Below, one piece after another: positions 58,039 through 61,628 of a DNA stretch of 61,628 nucleotides. The first letter of the stretch is position 1. Every line of letters begins with the position of its first letter. Position numbers and translations under genes: made by a program. The notes beneath the pieces were generated by a model. That model was not told the DNA's origin. It saw only the letters and a program-made list of their open reading frames with translations, and did not search any database. This DNA comes from a virus (Duplodnaviria; Caudoviricetes), in the IMG/VR virus record IMGVR_UViG_3300042195_000088, positions 1 to 61,628 of that record; one strand, 5' to 3'.

Positions 58039-58584
58039 ATCATTCAGGGCTTCGAGAAAGCGGGCCAATTCGTCGGCGGGAACACCTTTCGCGCGCGCCT
58101 TTCGGTAGAAGTCGTAATCCGTCGCGGCGTGGGTTCCGAGCACACGAATGACGCCGTTATCCTTGCTTGCGGCGATGGCTTTCAGCGCATGAACCGGCAA
58201 CACGAAAGTGTTGGCGCTGCTCCATGCCACATAGGCCGACAGGCGAAGCAGGGACGGTTCGTAGTCAAAGTCTGTAACGGGAATGTCGGCGCCGTAGCGC
58301 TGGATGTTGCCGTCGATGTTCACGGCGATTTCGGTGATGCTCGTGATTCCAGGCTGCTCGAGCCGCACGATCACGAGACCCGGGTCGCGCCGGTCCCACG
58401 CAAGGTCAAGTGTTGCGCACTGGGCAGCGAATCCCGCAGCACGAATCTGGCACAGCTTCAGGCCGCTGGCTTTGAGGTAACTGGCCTTCGTGAAGGCGTC
58501 ATGTTCCTCCGAGATTCGGAAACCGAATCCGGCCGCATGGGCGCTGGAGGCGATCAGCAGGGCGACAGCGAAGAGGGCTTTCAT
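58033..58584 (-). CDS. Exported protein with signal peptide (antisense moron)
   Basis: MKALFAVALLIASSAHA signal; AAGGA RBS. Confidence 0.7.
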   Translation of the reverse strand: MKALFAVALLIASSAHAAGFGFRISEEHDAFTKASYLKASGLKLCQIRAAGFAAQCATLDLAWDRRDPGLVIVRLEQPGITSITEIAVNIDGNIQRYGADIPVTDFDYEPSLLRLSAYVAWSSANTFVLPVHALKAIAASKDNGVIRVLGTHAATDYDFYRKARAKGVPADELARFLEALNDS

Positions 58585-58790
58585 TGGTCGATCCTTCGGT
58601 TGAGTGGCTCTCAGCATGGCTCATTGCCCGGGAAGAGGGCTATGGCGGGTTTCACAAGAATGTCCCCCGACGGTCGGTCAGTCCGTTTGATCCCCGGGCG
58701 CCGCAGCAAATCGCCACAGGCGGGATGTGCGGCGGGGACCGAATGGCCCGCCATGGGTACGCCCCGCACTACGCCCTGGCGCTCGCTGGC

Positions 58791-59423
58791 ATGATCGCCC
58801 CGGAGACTCTCAGGGAACTGGAGACGCGTTTCTCGGGTGGCATCGAACTGAAACTGCGTCCCGTGAAGCCAAGCCCGCTGGACACCGTGCCGAATGCGCA
58901 GTCCGTGTTCCATGGCCACCGCATGCAGGAGACAGGCAATCCCAGAGTGCGCAACTACGCGCCCGGGTATGCCGCGCACCTGCCTGATTCGCCGATGACG
59001 GTTGTGGAGCTCGGGATTCTTCGAGGGGTTGGTCTTGCGATCTGGTGCGACCTGTTCCAAAGCACTCGTGTCATCGGGCTCGACGTGGACCTGTCGCATT
59101 TCGAAGAGAATCTGCCGAATCTGATCTCACGTGGAGCATTCACGGAGAACCGGCCGGAGGTGTTTGAGTTTGACGAGCTGGCGCCGGACGCTTCGGAGAA
59201 GTTGGAGGCCATCCTCGGCGACACCAAGGTGCACGTCTTCATCGACGACGCGCTCCATTACGACGCGGCGATTCTGAAGGCGATGCGGGATGCAATGCCG
59301 CACATGGCGCCGGGCGGCCGCTACTTCGTGGAGGACAACGCGAAGGTGCACGAGAAGATCCGCGCGGCCTATCCGGCGCTCGACGTGGAGTCGGTTGGGG
59401 CGCTGACGGTGCTCCAGTGCTGA
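58791..59423 (+). CDS. Class I SAM-dependent methyltransferase (O-methyltransferase-like)
   Basis: VVELGILRGVGLAIW, VIGLDVD, FIDDALH and PGGRYFVED motifs; frame also open upstream to 58584. Confidence 0.85.
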   Translation: MIAPETLRELETRFSGGIELKLRPVKPSPLDTVPNAQSVFHGHRMQETGNPRVRNYAPGYAAHLPDSPMTVVELGILRGVGLAIWCDLFQSTRVIGLDVDLSHFEENLPNLISRGAFTENRPEVFEFDELAPDASEKLEAILGDTKVHVFIDDALHYDAAILKAMRDAMPHMAPGGRYFVEDNAKVHEKIRAAYPALDVESVGALTVLQC

Positions 59424-61036
59424 AGGTGTTTTGCTGGTTCTGGAGGCAGAACCCACAGATGCACGGATATGGCCCGGACAAGGTCAATCTCTGGGCCGAG
59501 CAGATTTCCAGGCATCTGACGATCCCGCACACGCTTGCCTGCGTCACGGATCACCCCGAGGGGATTGACCCGAGCATCGAGATCATCCCGATGCAGCACG
59601 ATTTCGATCACATACGAGTCGCCGCATGGAAAGAGACGCTGAAGCTCCCACAGTGCTATCGGCGATTGACCATTTTCGCCCCTGATGCTGAACAGCGATT
59701 CGGCGCAAAGCGCTTCGTGAGCATGGATCTAGACATGCTGTCTTTCTCGAATCTCGATTCACTGTTCTCGCACGACCACGACTTTCGCATCCTGAAAGGA
59801 ACCGCAGCACACCGCCCCTACAACGGCGGAATGGTGCAGATGACTGCAGGCGCGCGCCCGCAGGTGTTTACGAAATTCACTCCTGAGGGTGCCGCGCAGT
59901 CCCGGCAGAAGTTCGTGGGTTCCGACCAGGCGTGGATCAGCCATGTCCTCGGCTACGGCGAAAAAACATGGGGCCAAAACGAGGGGGTCTTCTACAAGCG
60001 CCTCATGAGCGGAGATTCGTGGGCTCCACCGCGAAACATGCGCCTGTTGTTCTTCCCGGGAAGCCCCAAGCCGTGGGATATCAAGCATTCGGTCCCATTC
60101 ATCCGCGCAGCCTACGAGGGCAAGCCGATTACCCATGCGAGACCCCTGATGCTGCACGCCTACAACGACCCGAAGCACTGGGGTAAGTGGTTCTACGTGG
60201 CAGCGAAGAAACGCGGTGTAAAATGCCGTCTCTTCGATGCGAGTCTTCCGGGTCAGGGCGAGCCCACATTCGTGCGACTCGACCAGCAGGGCCCGCAGCG
60301 GGCCATCAGCCTGTCGATGGTGAAGCGATTGCATGCCCAAGGTTGCCCGACGCTTCCGAGCTCGCAGGAAGCGCTCTGGTACGACGATAAGATCGCCCAG
60401 CACGCAGTCCTGAAGCGATGGATGCCAGAAACCCGAATTGCGCGCACCCACGAGGAGGCTAAACGTCTGGCCGACTCGCTTGAGTACCCGATCATCAGCA
60501 AATCCTCCGAAGGGGCAGGATCTGCCAACGTTCGCGTGCTCAGCAACAAGGTAGAGGCACTGGCCGAGGCCAGCCGTGCATTCGGCACCGGCATCCTCAT
60601 GAGCTACAAGCGCCTGCAAAAGGGGTACGTCTACTGGCAGGACGTCGTACGGGACAACCCCTGCGACTACCGCATCTGCATCGTGGGCAAGTACCTGTAC
60701 GGCCTGAAGCGCATGAACCGCCCGGGTACTCTCATGGCCTCGGGCTCAGGGATCGTTGAAACCCTGAAGTTCGCAACCGACCGGGGGCGCAAAGCCGCCC
60801 AACTGGCAGTAGAGATCAGCCGCGCACTGGGCACTCAGTGGATGGCCTATGACGTGGTGTTCGAAGGGGATAGGCCCCTGGTGCTGGAAATGTCGAGCGC
60901 CTGGACCATGGAGGCGTACAAGGCCTGCCGCCTGTACACGTATGCCCTCGAGCCCACAAAGCTCATGGGCAATGAGTCATTCTCGGTAGCGGTAGAGTTG
61001 CTGCTCAGCATGAGCCAACAGAGTGCAGCGGCATGA
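59417..61036 (+). CDS. Glycosyltransferase-like (GT-A, DxD) / ATP-grasp (RimK-like) fusion
   Basis: N-half: ACVTD, VSMDLD, NGGM, GSDQAWI, FPGSPKPW. C-half: YDDK, YPIISKSSEGAGSANV, YWQ, DYRICIVG, AYDVV, VLEMS. Confidence 0.8.
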   Translation: MLKVFCWFWRQNPQMHGYGPDKVNLWAEQISRHLTIPHTLACVTDHPEGIDPSIEIIPMQHDFDHIRVAAWKETLKLPQCYRRLTIFAPDAEQRFGAKRFVSMDLDMLSFSNLDSLFSHDHDFRILKGTAAHRPYNGGMVQMTAGARPQVFTKFTPEGAAQSRQKFVGSDQAWISHVLGYGEKTWGQNEGVFYKRLMSGDSWAPPRNMRLLFFPGSPKPWDIKHSVPFIRAAYEGKPITHARPLMLHAYNDPKHWGKWFYVAAKKRGVKCRLFDASLPGQGEPTFVRLDQQGPQRAISLSMVKRLHAQGCPTLPSSQEALWYDDKIAQHAVLKRWMPETRIARTHEEAKRLADSLEYPIISKSSEGAGSANVRVLSNKVEALAEASRAFGTGILMSYKRLQKGYVYWQDVVRDNPCDYRICIVGKYLYGLKRMNRPGTLMASGSGIVETLKFATDRGRKAAQLAVEISRALGTQWMAYDVVFEGDRPLVLEMSSAWTMEAYKACRLYTYALEPTKLMGNESFSVAVELLLSMSQQSAAA

Positions 61037-61233
61037 AGAAGCAAGAGGCTATGAAGGTCGTCGCTACAGAGACCAGCATCGAGGCGGCAGAACTAACATT
61101 GCGGCACCCGGGCCAACTTGGCCAGATACTGGCTATGCATAGGTGGATACGTAGGTACCACGAGACGCGCGCAATCGCTGCTCATATCCCAACCAAGGAA
61201 GTGGTGGCTGTCGTCGGACCATATCGTGAGTAA
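61033..61233 (+). CDS. Hypothetical protein
   Basis: Coupled to both neighbours. Confidence 0.45.
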   Translation: MKKQEAMKVVATETSIEAAELTLRHPGQLGQILAMHRWIRRYHETRAIAAHIPTKEVVAVVGPYRE

Positions 61234-61558
61234 GCTCGGGCTGAAGTCCCTGCGCCCCTCAGTCCCCATGCTCAGCGCCCCCATCGTGAGGCACGACCCC
61301 CCACGCCTGAGCGCCACAGCCCGCGGGTACAACTACCGCTGGCAGAAGGTCAGTAAGCAGTACCTCGACAAGCACCCCCTGTGCGTGGAGTGCCAGCACG
61401 AGGGCCATATAGGGGCCGCTACCGAGGTAGATCACCGCATACCCCACAAAGGCGATCAGGCGCTGTTCTGGGACGAGAGTAACTTTCAGCCCCTATGTCA
61501 CTCACACCATTCAAAGAAGACCGCGCGTGAAAATATTTTTGGCGCACGCAGGCAATAA
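61226..61558 (+). CDS. Packaging-associated HNH endonuclease (HK97 gp74-like)
   Basis: RGYNYRWQK...HPLCVEC...EVDHRIPHKGD..LFWD..NFQPLC..HHSKKT; upstream of terS on the circle. Confidence 0.92.
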   Translation: MSKLGLKSLRPSVPMLSAPIVRHDPPRLSATARGYNYRWQKVSKQYLDKHPLCVECQHEGHIGAATEVDHRIPHKGDQALFWDESNFQPLCHSHHSKKTARENIFGARRQ

Positions 61559-61628
61559 AGCGGCCTCGCTCGCGAAATATTTTTCGACGGGGGGAGTGTT
61601 GGTTTTGTGCGACGAAACGCGTAGGGAC
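61523..61628. other. Probable cos/packaging region (continues into 1-63)
   Basis: Gap between the gp74-like HNH and terS; two AAATATTTTT elements and a G run. Exact cos site not identifiable. Confidence 0.45.

Larger units (their letters stand above)
1..61628. mobile_element. Apparently complete temperate siphophage genome (lambdoid/HK97-like)
   Basis: Contains packaging, head, tail, lysis, integration, immunity and replication modules. The end of the window (HNH gene) is the normal upstream neighbour of the start (terS), consistent with a circular permutation. No host housekeeping genes seen. Confidence 0.95.

Noticed and set aside
1-61628. Stop-codon reassignment or alternative genetic code
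   Set aside because: Core genes are full length in the standard code and the tRNA is not a suppressor.

Overview
The window looks like a complete, GC-rich, ~61.6 kb temperate siphophage genome of lambdoid/HK97 type, opened just before the terminase small subunit. The host is probably a gammaproteobacterium (inferred from the CsrA homologue, IHF-like site and lipoprotein lysis gene). Layout: packaging and head (terS, terL, protease, capsid, then portal), neck and tail with two receptor-binding proteins, lysis, then a long leftward early arm (tRNA-Arg(UCU), tyrosine integrase and excisionase, CsrA, ERF/YqaJ recombination). A CI/Cro switch lies at ~41.3-42.1 kb, followed by helicase/primase, a Q-like regulator, a pR'/tR'-like late promoter, and a ~10 kb accessory late module (secreted FN3 protein, repeat fibre, methyltransferases, glycosyltransferase/ATP-grasp fusion, packaging HNH). 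Main observations: (1) a candidate attP at ~29.5-29.7 kb encodes a promoter plus the first 15 codons of a low-molecular-weight protein tyrosine phosphatase (MTEQAKVRILFVCLG), suggesting integration inside, and repair of, a host ptpA-like gene; (2) an antisense HNH gene is flanked by a duplicated, synonymously diverged 5' end of the gene it interrupts; (3) a putative glycan-building and appendage module precedes the terminase; (4) four antisense morons are embedded in the late operon. All family calls are by-eye motif recognition; no database searches were run.
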